A DNA stretch of 62,939 nucleotides from the NCBI GenBank assembly GCA_016219025.1, contig JACRCM010000100.1:1-62939 (forward strand), written 5' to 3'. Positions 8,401 through 15,836 of this stretch are shown here, piece after piece (within the stretch, counting starts at the first letter, position 1; every line of letters starts with the position of its first letter). The notes beneath the pieces were generated by a model that ran no database searches, was not told where the DNA came from, and worked only from the letters and a program-made list of their open reading frames with translations. This DNA comes from Deltaproteobacteria bacterium (lineage in GTDB: Bacteria > Desulfobacterota > GWC2-55-46). A program made the position numbers and the translations under genes.

Positions 8401-11400
8401 GTCGAGCGTGTAGTATACGGCCGCAGGCTCGTCCGTAGTAAACGTCACCTTCCGCGGGCCGCCATAAGTCCCGCCTGAGGCGGAGGCCGTGACCGACGGC
8501 GGGGTGTTATCGACGACAAGCGCATAAACGTCCGTTGCAACCGCGCCCTGATTCCCGGCCGTGTCCACCGCAAAATATTTAAGCGTCGTATCGGCGCTGA
8601 TAACGACCGGCCCCGCGTAGACCGTCGAGGCCGTGGTCGGCGCCGTGCCGTCGGCAGTGTAGTAGATAACCGCGGGTTCATTGGCCCCAAGCGTGACAGA
8701 CTTTGTCCCGCCGGATGCGACCGCATAGCTTCCGCCAGCCGGGGACGCGCTCACGTAAGGCGCGAAGGTGTCAGCCGCCGCCGGGAAGACGATATCGTCT
8801 ATCCAGACCCTGTCCTGGCCGCTGGTGCAACATGAGTTCTTGCTGTACTCCCACCTGAAGGTGTGGCTCCCGGCGGAGACCGTGAACGCGGCCTGAGTCC
8901 ATGCGATGGTGCCTGACCAACTGCCCTGTATCGCCTCGTCTATATAGAAGTTGAGGTAGTCTCCGCCTGACTGCGAGTCAGTCGAGTACCAGAAGGTCAC
9001 GCTGCCAGCCGCCGTCTGCGTCGTTATCGCCATGGAGGCGGACTGGTTGTCGAGAAGGGCCGGGGACTGGGCGGCGTAGGTTCCATTATAGACCGCCCCG
9101 GACTGAACCGTCCACTGGCCGTCGCCGGAGGCGCCCCACGGCAGGGCGGCGAGGCCGCCGGACTCAAAGGACTCGGAGGCCGCGGCCACCGAGACGATAA
9201 CCTCATAGACCTGCGTCACGACCGGCCCCGCGTTGCCGAAGCCGTCAACCGCGAAGTACTTGAGGGTGGTCGTCCCGGCGATATAGAACGGGACGCCGCC
9301 ATACTGGGCCGAGGCCGTGGTCGGCTCCGTGCCGTCGGCCGTATAATATATGGTTGCCGCCTCGTTGGCGGACAACGTTACATGCTGCGGGGCTGTATAG
9401 ACCCCCGCCCCCACGGACGGGGTAACGACCGGCGGGGCCGCATCGACGACTATCGTGTAGACCAGCGTCTCAACGCCGCCCGCGTTGCCGGCCGCGTCCA
9501 CGGCGAAGTACTGGAGCGTCGTGGCGGCGTTCATGCTTATTACGCCTGAGTAGACCGCGGAGCCTGTGGTAGGCACAGTCCCGTCGGTCGTGTAGTAGAC
9601 CGTGGCCGGTTCATTGGCCGTAAGCGCAACGTCAACCGTGGCCGAAGGCCCGACGGTATAGGCGCCTGCCGCCTTGGACGCGGTCACAATCGGCGCGAAG
9701 GCGTCCGGCGCGAGCGCCATGCTGTGGTACCTGCCGCCGAATACGCCGGTCGCGCCGGTTATACCGGCCACCTGCCACGGCGAACCCCTGTGGGTAGTCG
9801 TGCCATCGCCCATCTCGCCGTCGCCGTTGTTGCCCCAGGCCCAGACCGCGCCGTTGTTATCGACCGCGATATAATGGTCTTCACCGGAGCCTATCATAGT
9901 GACGCCCGCAAGGCCGGGCACCTGACCCGGCGTATAACGGTTGTTATACGTCCCGTCCCCGAGGTCTCCATACCGGTTGTAACCCCACGTCCAGACCGTG
10001 CCGTCGGAGAGGAGGGCCGCCGAGGAGGTGAGTCCGGCCTTGACACTGACCGCGTTGGTTATCCCCGCGGCCGCCACCGGCGCATAGGACGTCGTGGTCG
10101 TCCCGTCGCCGAGCTGTCCGTACGGGTTGTACCCCCACCCCCTCACCTCGCCGGATGCAAGGACCGCGAGGGAGTGGTACCCGGACGTGCCTATGGAGAC
10201 CGCGCCGGTCACGGCCGACTTCACCGGCGCATACTTATACTTATTATAGGAGCCGCCTGAGCCGTCGCCCGCCTGCCCATAGTAGTTGTAGCCCCAGCCG
10301 TATACGTCGCCGTTGCCGGTAAGCGCGATGGTGTGGTAATGCCCCGCGGAGACGGCCGTGACGTTGCCGGGCCCGGACGCCTGCACCGGCACGTTCTGCG
10401 AGCCGGACCCGCCGTTGCCGAGTTGTCCGTAGTAGCCGTAACCCCAGCACCAGACCGTACCGTCGTTCCTGAGCGCCACCGAGTGGTATAACCCGGCCGA
10501 TATGGCAACGACGCCAGTAAGGTTGCTCACCTGCACGGGCGTGTAGGAAGCCGCGTATGTCCCGTCGCCGAGTTGTCCCTTGCTGTTATACCCCCACGCC
10601 CAGACCGTGCCGTCGTTCTTGAGGGCGAGCGTATGGTAAGAGCCGCCCGCCAGGGCCACCACGCCGGATATGCCGTACCCGCCCTGCTCCGGGGTGTGCC
10701 TGTCCGTGGTCGTCCCGTCCCCGAGCTGTCCGTACCAGTTCGCGCCCCAGGCAACGACGGCAGAGCCCGTTATGTTGAACGCCTCAGTCTGCACCGCCGA
10801 CGGGTTGTTCGCCGCGTCGACCGCGTAGTACTTGAGCGTCGTGTTCGTGGTTATGTCTATGGGCCGCGTATAGACGAGCGAGGCACTCGTCGGCGTGCCG
10901 CCGTCGAGCGTGTAGTATATCGTCGAAGGCTCATCCGCCGTGATAGTCACCTTCTGAGGCATGGCATAAGTCCCGCCGGTGGTATCCAACACGGCCATCG
11001 GCGGCGTTGTGTCGGCCCACATGGAGAACGGTATTATCGTCTTATACCCGGTCGGCATGGCCGCATCGGCCACGAGCGTCACCGTCGCGCTCCTGCCGTC
11101 GGGCGCGGCAGTCCAGTTGACGACGGTTATGCCGTCCGCCGGATAGACCTCGAACCTGCCGACGTTCTCAAGCCCATACCCCGTCAGCGTAAACGTAACC
11201 GTGGTCCCTGGGTTTATGTACGTCGGGCTTATGGACGCGACTATCGGCCCGACCGCGACCCCGGTCTCGCCGGTGACTATCGGGCCGTAGGCGTTGGATA
11301 CCGTCGTGGCCTGCGGAGGCGGCGGGGTGAGATAGACGCCCACCTCCGTTGATGCCGCCGGCCCATAAGTGTTCACAACGGCGCCCGGCGCGGGAGGCGT

Positions 11401-14400
11401 CACGTAGACCCCCACCTCAGCCGATACCTGCGGGGTATACGTCTCGCCGGGCGAGAGATAGAACGTATTGGCCGCCCCGGCAATGGCCGAGGTCGTGCCC
11501 CCGGGGGTCGTGAGCGTCACTACCCTCGTGGAGGTGGCGGCCCCGGCGTCGATGGAGACCGTGACCGTGGCAATGGTGCCCGCCGCGTTCACCGCCGGCG
11601 GGTTCTGGATAGAGACGCCCGTAGGCGGCGTGAACGCCACGGCGCTCGCGTAGTTGAAGTTGGCGCCTATGAGCGTGAGCGTAAACGTCGCGCCCTGCGC
11701 CTTTGATATCGGGTTCATGCCGGTAAGGACCGGCGGCGGCATGGAGACGAAGAAGAGGTTGGCCCCTGTCGCGCCCGGCAATACCGCGCCTGACGCCGTC
11801 GTCACAACCACCGTCCTCGTTCCGAGCGGGGCGTCTCCCGCGATGTCTATCTGGAAGTCCACGTAAGTCCCGTCAGCCGCAGGGACGATCGAACCCGGCG
11901 CGACGGTTATGCCGTCGGAGGGCATGAACGACACGCCGTTGACCGCGCCGAGGCCCGCGCCCGAGGCCCGCACCGCGTAAGCGGCCGAGTTGACCTCGCC
12001 GTGCGCCGGGCTAAGGCCGGTAAAGGCCGCGCCCACCGCTACCCCGACAGGCTGGGCGTCTATCGGCGTGTATGTGACCTGAGGCGCGCTCGGGGCCGGC
12101 GTCATCATGTAGACCCCGACCTCGCCGGATACGACCGGCGTATACGTCGTGCCCTGCGTTGCCCAGACGTTGAAGGTATTCGCAACCGAGGCAACGTCCG
12201 TGGACGTCCCGCCCATCGTCGTAATCCTGACCAGACGCGGCCCGGTGGCCGCGTCCGCCGCTATCACGATAGTGGAGACCGCCATGCTGCCGTCGGCGTT
12301 GATCGTCGGCGGGTTCTCCACGGTTATGCCGTCGGAAGGCGTGAACGATATCGAGAGCGCCTCCTTGAAGTTGCCGCCGTGCAGGTTAAGGTCGATGGTC
12401 GCGCCGTCAACTCCGTAGATCGGAATGACGGAGAGTATCTCAGGCAACGGCCACGTCACGTAGAACGAAGCCGCGCCTTTTATCGAGCCGCCCGGGGCAG
12501 AGATAGACACGGCGCGGACGCCGGTAGGCGCGTTCGCGTCTATGTTGACCGTCACCTCGGCGTAGCTCCCGTCGCCCGCCTTGACGAAAGACCCCGCAAC
12601 GACGGTTATGCCGTCGGCCGGGGCGAACGCAATGTCAGTAGCCGTCCCGAGCCCGATGCCGTTTACGCGGACCACGAGGCCCTGGGCGCCGATGATCCCG
12701 CGGTCAGGCGCGATGCCGGTCACGGCCGAGCCTAAGACGACCCCGACCGGCGCGCTGCCAACAGGGCCGTAGGCGCTGGCGGCCGCGGCCGGGGCCGGAG
12801 GCGTGAGCGTTACCCCGACCTCGGAGGACGTCACCGGGCCTATGGGTATCATCTCGACCGGTTTTACGGTTATCGCGCAACTGTCGCCCGTGGCGTAGCC
12901 TGAGACCGAGGCGGCGAGCGTCGTGGAGCCCGCGTTATACGTGGAGACGTTGAACTGCGCCCTTGTGGCCCCCACCGCTATAGTGACCGTGGCGGGATGG
13001 GAGATTATATTCGCAACCGTCGCGCCGAGCACGACCGTTACCCCGCCCGCCGGGGCCGGGTCGGTCAGCTCGACCGTGATGATGTTGACGTAGCCCACGC
13101 CCGTAAGGAGCGTAGTGGGTATGAGGTTGACCGTCGGCTGAGGCATGACCGTGACCGTGGCTATCGCGCCGGTCCAGTTGTTGGCGTTCGCGTGGACTTC
13201 GAGCGTCACGTTCCGCGTGTTGACCGTGGAGAGGGCCGTGAGCGTGACGTTCGCCGACTGCGTCCCCTCAGCGATTACAACGGAGGCCGGGGCGGTCAAG
13301 ACGGAGGTATTCGTCGAAGTGAGCATGACGGTCAGCCCGCCCGCCGGGGCCGGGTATGGTATCGAGACCGCTATGGACGCCGTCTCGCCCTGGCGCATGG
13401 CTACGGTGGACGGCGTAACGGTGAACTGCGGCAACGCCACCGGCACAACGAACGCGTTGGAGACGAGCGTGGCGCCCGATGTCCTCGGGTCGGGGTTCGC
13501 AACCTTAATCGCCTTCGTGCTCGACGTGACGGTCTGCAACGGTATGACCGCCTGTATCTCGGTCGGACTTACATAGGTGGAAGATATAGTGACGACGTCG
13601 TAGGTCACGACGGAAGACGGGCTGAAGTTCGCGCCGGTTATGGTGACGTTCGTGCCTGGCTGCCCCACGAGCGCCTGAGCGGGCGTAACGGACGTTATAT
13701 GCGGCATGGCCGGGGTAATCGTCACCGGGTTCGGCGAGGCTGCAACGCCTGCCGAGACCGCGACCGTGAACCCGGCTGTCCCGTAGGGCACGGCCCCGCC
13801 TACCGTAACCAGCACCGGTACGGAGGCGTCTGTCCCGCCCGGCAGAACTGATGCAGTTATCCCGGCGTCGGCGAACGTAACCTTTGAGAGACCGGCAAGC
13901 CTTGTGCCGGTTATCACGGCGTTGACCGCGGAGCCCTGCTCAAGATACGAGGGAGACATGCCCGTGACGCGCGGCGAGACGCCGACCGAGACCACGCCGG
14001 TCAGGTAATACGGGATGCCTTTCAAGTCCCACGCGCCGGAGGCGGTCATGTCGCCGGAGGCCACGGATATGGCGTCCACGCCGTTGTTCACCGCGCCGTT
14101 GCCGGCGCCGTGCGGGTAAGAGGCGAGGTCGATGGACATCACGTAGCCCGCGTTTGAATCGAAGACGCAATTATTGAACGTGGGAGAGGCGGCCTCCATC
14201 GTGAGGGTGGAGCCGTAGCGTATAATGGTATTGTTGAAGACGGTCGCGCCGTCGTTGGCATTGTCCATGAACGCGATGCCGTTCCAGCCGCCTGGCGCGG
14301 GAGAGCCTCCCGGCGCGTCGGCCCACGAGGTCAACGTCACCGGCGAGGCGGCAGTGCCCATCGCCCTTACCGCTCCATACTGCACCCGTATGAACGTCCC

Positions 14401-14622
14401 CGGGTTGAACCGCACGGTAACGCCCGCCTCTATCGTAAGGGTGGCGCTCGAATCGATGACCACGGAGTTCTGCACGACGTAGGGACTTCCCGCGGCCGTC
14501 CACGTGGCGTTGTTATACATGTTGCCGCCGACGAGCGTATCCGCGAACGCGCCCCGCGCGATAAGGAGCGTGGAGAGCGCCAGAAAGAGGAGGCAGATTA
14601 TTATGCGTTTTGCCTTTTCCAC
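5485..14622 (-). CDS. Giant secreted multidomain protein (3045 aa) with beta-helix, IPT/TIG arrays, 7 chitobiase-C-like modules, 2 RCC1 propellers, a jelly-roll domain and a Cys-rich lectin-like insert
   Basis: GTG start, with MEKAKRIIICLLFLALSTLLIARGAFA. The N-terminal region is parallel beta-helix-like. There are many IPT-like units (e.g. ITSVTPAQALVGQPGTNVTITGANF). Seven modules follow (T/A)(I/V)YYT(T/L/A)DG..P...LKY(F/Y)AVD..GN. Two blocks of about 7 RCC1 repeats (WG.N..GQLGDGT) lie at roughly 9715-10755 and 7215-8255. A single uninterrupted 9.1-kb ORF. Confidence 0.9.
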   Translation of the reverse strand: MEKAKRIIICLLFLALSTLLIARGAFADTLVGGNMYNNATWTAAGSPYVVQNSVVIDSSATLTIEAGVTVRFNPGTFIRVQYGAVRAMGTAASPVTLTSWADAPGGSPAPGGWNGIAFMDNANDGATVFNNTIIRYGSTLTMEAASPTFNNCVFDSNAGYVMSIDLASYPHGAGNGAVNNGVDAISVASGDMTASGAWDLKGIPYYLTGVVSVGVSPRVTGMSPSYLEQGSAVNAVITGTRLAGLSKVTFADAGITASVLPGGTDASVPVLVTVGGAVPYGTAGFTVAVSAGVAASPNPVTITPAMPHITSVTPAQALVGQPGTNVTITGANFSPSSVVTYDVVTISSTYVSPTEIQAVIPLQTVTSSTKAIKVANPDPRTSGATLVSNAFVVPVALPQFTVTPSTVAMRQGETASIAVSIPYPAPAGGLTVMLTSTNTSVLTAPASVVIAEGTQSANVTLTALSTVNTRNVTLEVHANANNWTGAIATVTVMPQPTVNLIPTTLLTGVGYVNIITVELTDPAPAGGVTVVLGATVANIISHPATVTIAVGATRAQFNVSTYNAGSTTLAASVSGYATGDSCAITVKPVEMIPIGPVTSSEVGVTLTPPAPAAAASAYGPVGSAPVGVVLGSAVTGIAPDRGIIGAQGLVVRVNGIGLGTATDIAFAPADGITVVAGSFVKAGDGSYAEVTVNIDANAPTGVRAVSISAPGGSIKGAASFYVTWPLPEILSVIPIYGVDGATIDLNLHGGNFKEALSISFTPSDGITVENPPTINADGSMAVSTIVIAADAATGPRLVRITTMGGTSTDVASVANTFNVWATQGTTYTPVVSGEVGVYMMTPAPSAPQVTYTPIDAQPVGVAVGAAFTGLSPAHGEVNSAAYAVRASGAGLGAVNGVSFMPSDGITVAPGSIVPAADGTYVDFQIDIAGDAPLGTRTVVVTTASGAVLPGATGANLFFVSMPPPVLTGMNPISKAQGATFTLTLIGANFNYASAVAFTPPTGVSIQNPPAVNAAGTIATVTVSIDAGAATSTRVVTLTTPGGTTSAIAGAANTFYLSPGETYTPQVSAEVGVYVTPPAPGAVVNTYGPAASTEVGVYLTPPPPQATTVSNAYGPIVTGETGVAVGPIVASISPTYINPGTTVTFTLTGYGLENVGRFEVYPADGITVVNWTAAPDGRSATVTLVADAAMPTGYKTIIPFSMWADTTPPMAVLDTTGGTYAMPQKVTITADEPSTIYYTLDGGTPTSASLVYTRPIDITTNTTLKYYAVDAANNPSAVQTEAFNITGSAVVAWGANWYGQLGDGTTTDRHTPEQGGYGISGVVALAGGSYHTLALKNDGTVWAWGYNSKGQLGDGTYAASYTPVQVSNLTGVVAISAGLYHSVALRNDGTVWCWGYGYYGQLGNGGSGSQNVPVQASGPGNVTAVSAGHYHTIALTGNGDVYGWGYNYYGQAGDGSGGSYNKYKYAPVKSAVTGAVSIGTSGYHSLAVLASGEVRGWGYNPYGQLGDGTTTTSYAPVAAAGITNAVSVKAGLTSSAALLSDGTVWTWGYNRYGDLGDGTYNNRYTPGQVPGLAGVTMIGSGEDHYIAVDNNGAVWAWGNNGDGEMGDGTTTHRGSPWQVAGITGATGVFGGRYHSMALAPDAFAPIVTASKAAGAYTVGPSATVDVALTANEPATVYYTTDGTVPTTGSAVYSGVISMNAATTLQYFAVDAAGNAGGVETLVYTIVVDAAPPVVTPSVGAGVYTAPQHVTLSANEAATIYYTADGTEPTTASAQYGGVPFYIAGTTTLKYFAVDGFGNAGPVVTQVYEVIVSVAAASESFESGGLAALPWGASGDGQWTVQSGAVYNGTYAAQSPALLDNQSASMAITTQTAAGSVTFWYSTDSQSGGDYLNFYIDEAIQGSWSGTIAWTQAAFTVSAGSHTFRWEYSKNSCCTSGQDRVWIDDIVFPAAADTFAPYVSASPAGGSYAVASGGTKSVTLGANEPAVIYYTADGTAPTTASTVYAGPVVISADTTLKYFAVDTAGNQGAVATDVYALVVDNTPPSVTASASGGTYGGPRKVTFTTDEPAAVYYTLDASAPSASSLSVVQGVPVYVAADATLRFIAVDLAGNASAAQSTNLAFIGRSVMTWGANWSGQLGDGTYNSASTPVNIGFSGATQADGGSDHTAVLRNDGTVWSWGDNGYGQLGNGTTASSLTPVQASGLTGVIAVATGGNHTLALRNDGTVWAWGYNNYGQLGDGTNINRSAPVQVLGLSNVVAISGGWEYSMSLRGDGTVWAWGYNNYGQLGDGTNTTRYAPVRVPNLSGVAGVTASWNHSLALMSDGTVRAWGSNNNGQLGDGTYANSLVPVVVNNLSGVVALASGDDPNSIALLGDGTVRTWGASWNGDLGNGTNTGSPVTVQPAGVSGIISVAMGWDHSLTLKNDGTILAWGYNSDGELGDGTTIDRWSAVQVSGITAAGGVVGAGGDHSIALVVDVTPPTTTASPVGGAYGAAQAVTLTANEPAAIYYTTDGSTPNTTGDGTIAVQSGTYGANCGTGTGNVTPHLSSTCDGLTTCSYYITTGSIGDPAVGCAKDYAAAWTCSPSGQVFTATASAEAAGQTITLSCAGAGTTAVYSAPISIASSATLKFYAVDAVGNAETVKTETYAIGLAALPWAVASADNGRRDVVDGSVQAALYSGDGDGPATFMRAGGLDVMSKYEARIRRVVLDTTPPVTTASPAGGAYAAPQRVALTADEPATIYYTTDGSTPTPASAVYAGPINVLASATLNYFAVDAAGNIEAVNTQTYSVNIPMGGFRVPAAPFANVIYGGPAPSIISVQPIISAAGSTFTLTINGTALNDATAVSFIPPDGMNVSSTITVNAAGTQAAVQVHIDGFATGGDRVVVISTIYGRSDTAASAANTFTVYRPVASNGMIMAGAGNGADKAEGLMGTGPLALAAQLVDAALCPLDAGRLTPDVMMAAASIADKGPLPSVPWSMRGIERALTAMSGSGYKDSGKRGGGVVLTSLTATDAPRVFNRMTHEPLYVSGQTSVWRNAAFRRGPPDFWA

Positions 14623-14747
14623 TCGAAAGTTCCCCTGCCCTGCTAAATGAAAAACGTGATGCGCGATGCGCTAAGTAAACCCTATCCGGCGGAACAACCT
14701 CGCGCATACAGGACGGAATTGCCCCAGTTTAGCGTACCGTCAGGGCC

Positions 14748-15067
14748 GGTCATTGCGCGGTCTGCCCATTCCACTTTAGATGCGCCGATGAATCGGCAAC
14801 TACGATAAACGCCACGGCCACTGCCGCGGTCATTGCACGGTCTGCCCATTCCACTTTAGATGCGCCGATGAATCGGCAACTACGATAAACGCCACAGCCG
14901 CTGCCGCGGTCATTGCGCGGTCTGCCCATTCCACTTTAGATGCGCCGATGAATCGGCAACTACGATAAACGCCACGGCCACTGCCGCGGTCATTGCACGG
15001 TCGGCCCATTCCACTTTAGATGCGCCGATGAATCGGCAACTACGATAAACGCCACAGCCGCTGCCGC
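14748..15067. repeat. Tandem array of 4 x 80 nt (alternating A/B variants, i.e. 2 x 160 nt), continuing into the 3' end of the rhodanese gene
   Basis: GGTCATTGC(G/A)CGGTC(T/G)GCCCATTCCACTTTAGATGCGCCGATGAATCGGCAACTACGATAAACGCCAC(G/A)GCC(A/G)CTGCCGC starts at 14748, 14828, 14908 and 14988. A fifth partial copy at 15068 is the real gene end (stop 15070-15072). Each unit holds the palindrome GCCGATGAATCGGC. Confidence 0.95.
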
Positions 15068-15069
15068 GG

Positions 15070-15792
15070 TCATTGCGCGGTCTGCCGCTTCCATTCGGGA
15101 AACCCGCCATACAGTATGCGGACCATCTTGAACCCGGCGCGGCGAAGCTCCTCTGCCGCCTTGCGGCCGGCGTTATCCGCGCCGTCGACCACGACGACCG
15201 GCTCGTCCTTTGCCCAGCCAGAAGAAGTCCTCAATACCCGCGCGGGCTTGACGTTCACGGCCCCGGGCACGTGTCCGGCCTTGAATCCCTGCGCTGGCCT
15301 TATATCCACTATCACCATGCCCGTTCCGTTCTGCGCCGCCCTGCTCAACTCGGGCGCTGTGATAAAGTCCACAAGGCCGCCAGGCACGACGCCCTGCGGC
15401 GCGGCTATGGCCGCGTCAGTCCCACTCTCCCAGTGTGCCATGCCGCCGTCCATTATAAAGACCGAGGCATACCCGGCGGAGTCGAGCTTGCCTGCGGCCT
15501 CGCCCGCCTCGACCGAGCCGATGCCGTCGTCATAGAGCACGATGACCGCGTCCTTGGGAAAACCCTTCTTATGCACGACGAACGCCGGGACGTTTATCGC
15601 GCCCTCTATGTGCTTTCTCCGATACGCGATAGCGGTCCTCGCGTCCACGAGCAGGAACCTCTCCGCGCCTTCCTGCATGGAGCGGACGTCCTCGGCGGAG
15701 ATGAACCCGTAGGCGTCCGCCTCGGACGGGTGGATGACGCCTAACGACGCGACGGAGAACGCGAACGCGAAGAAGAAAAACGTCTTTTTCAT
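15070..15792 (-). CDS. Secreted tandem rhodanese-homology-domain protein lacking any cysteine (240 aa from the ATG at 15792)
   Basis: The ORF track gives 15070-15849. The ATG at 15792 is preceded by GGAGGG and gives MKKTFFFFAFAFSVASLGVIHPSEADA. Two rhodanese-like halves are present (LLVDARTAIAYRRKHIEGAINVP; VIVDIRPAQGFKAGHVPGAVNV). The active-site loop positions read YDDGIGS and VDGADNAGRK. The mature protein contains no Cys. Confidence 0.8.
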   Translation of the reverse strand: MKKTFFFFAFAFSVASLGVIHPSEADAYGFISAEDVRSMQEGAERFLLVDARTAIAYRRKHIEGAINVPAFVVHKKGFPKDAVIVLYDDGIGSVEAGEAAGKLDSAGYASVFIMDGGMAHWESGTDAAIAAPQGVVPGGLVDFITAPELSRAAQNGTGMVIVDIRPAQGFKAGHVPGAVNVKPARVLRTSSGWAKDEPVVVVDGADNAGRKAAEELRRAGFKMVRILYGGFPEWKRQTAQ

Positions 15793-15836
15793 AATGCCCT
15801 CCGCCCCGTTGAGGTGGCCGGGTTTATCGTCATGCC

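Noticed and set aside
5812-13851. Many 60-285-aa plus-strand ORFs (e.g. 7621-8478, 10573-11352, 12001-12735, 12997-13851)
   Set aside because: All are antisense to the uninterrupted 3045-aa gene. Their composition is dominated by R/G/P/H/D, and they have no signal or domain patterns.
14748-15067. Possible CRISPR array (also considered for 19246-19433 and 46291-46487)
   Set aside because: The units are directly abutting with no unique spacers, they are longer than CRISPR repeats, and no cas genes are present in the window.
14910-15110. 66-aa minus-strand ORF
   Set aside because: It lies inside the 80-nt tandem array. It exists only because each unit copies the rhodanese gene end and its stop codon.
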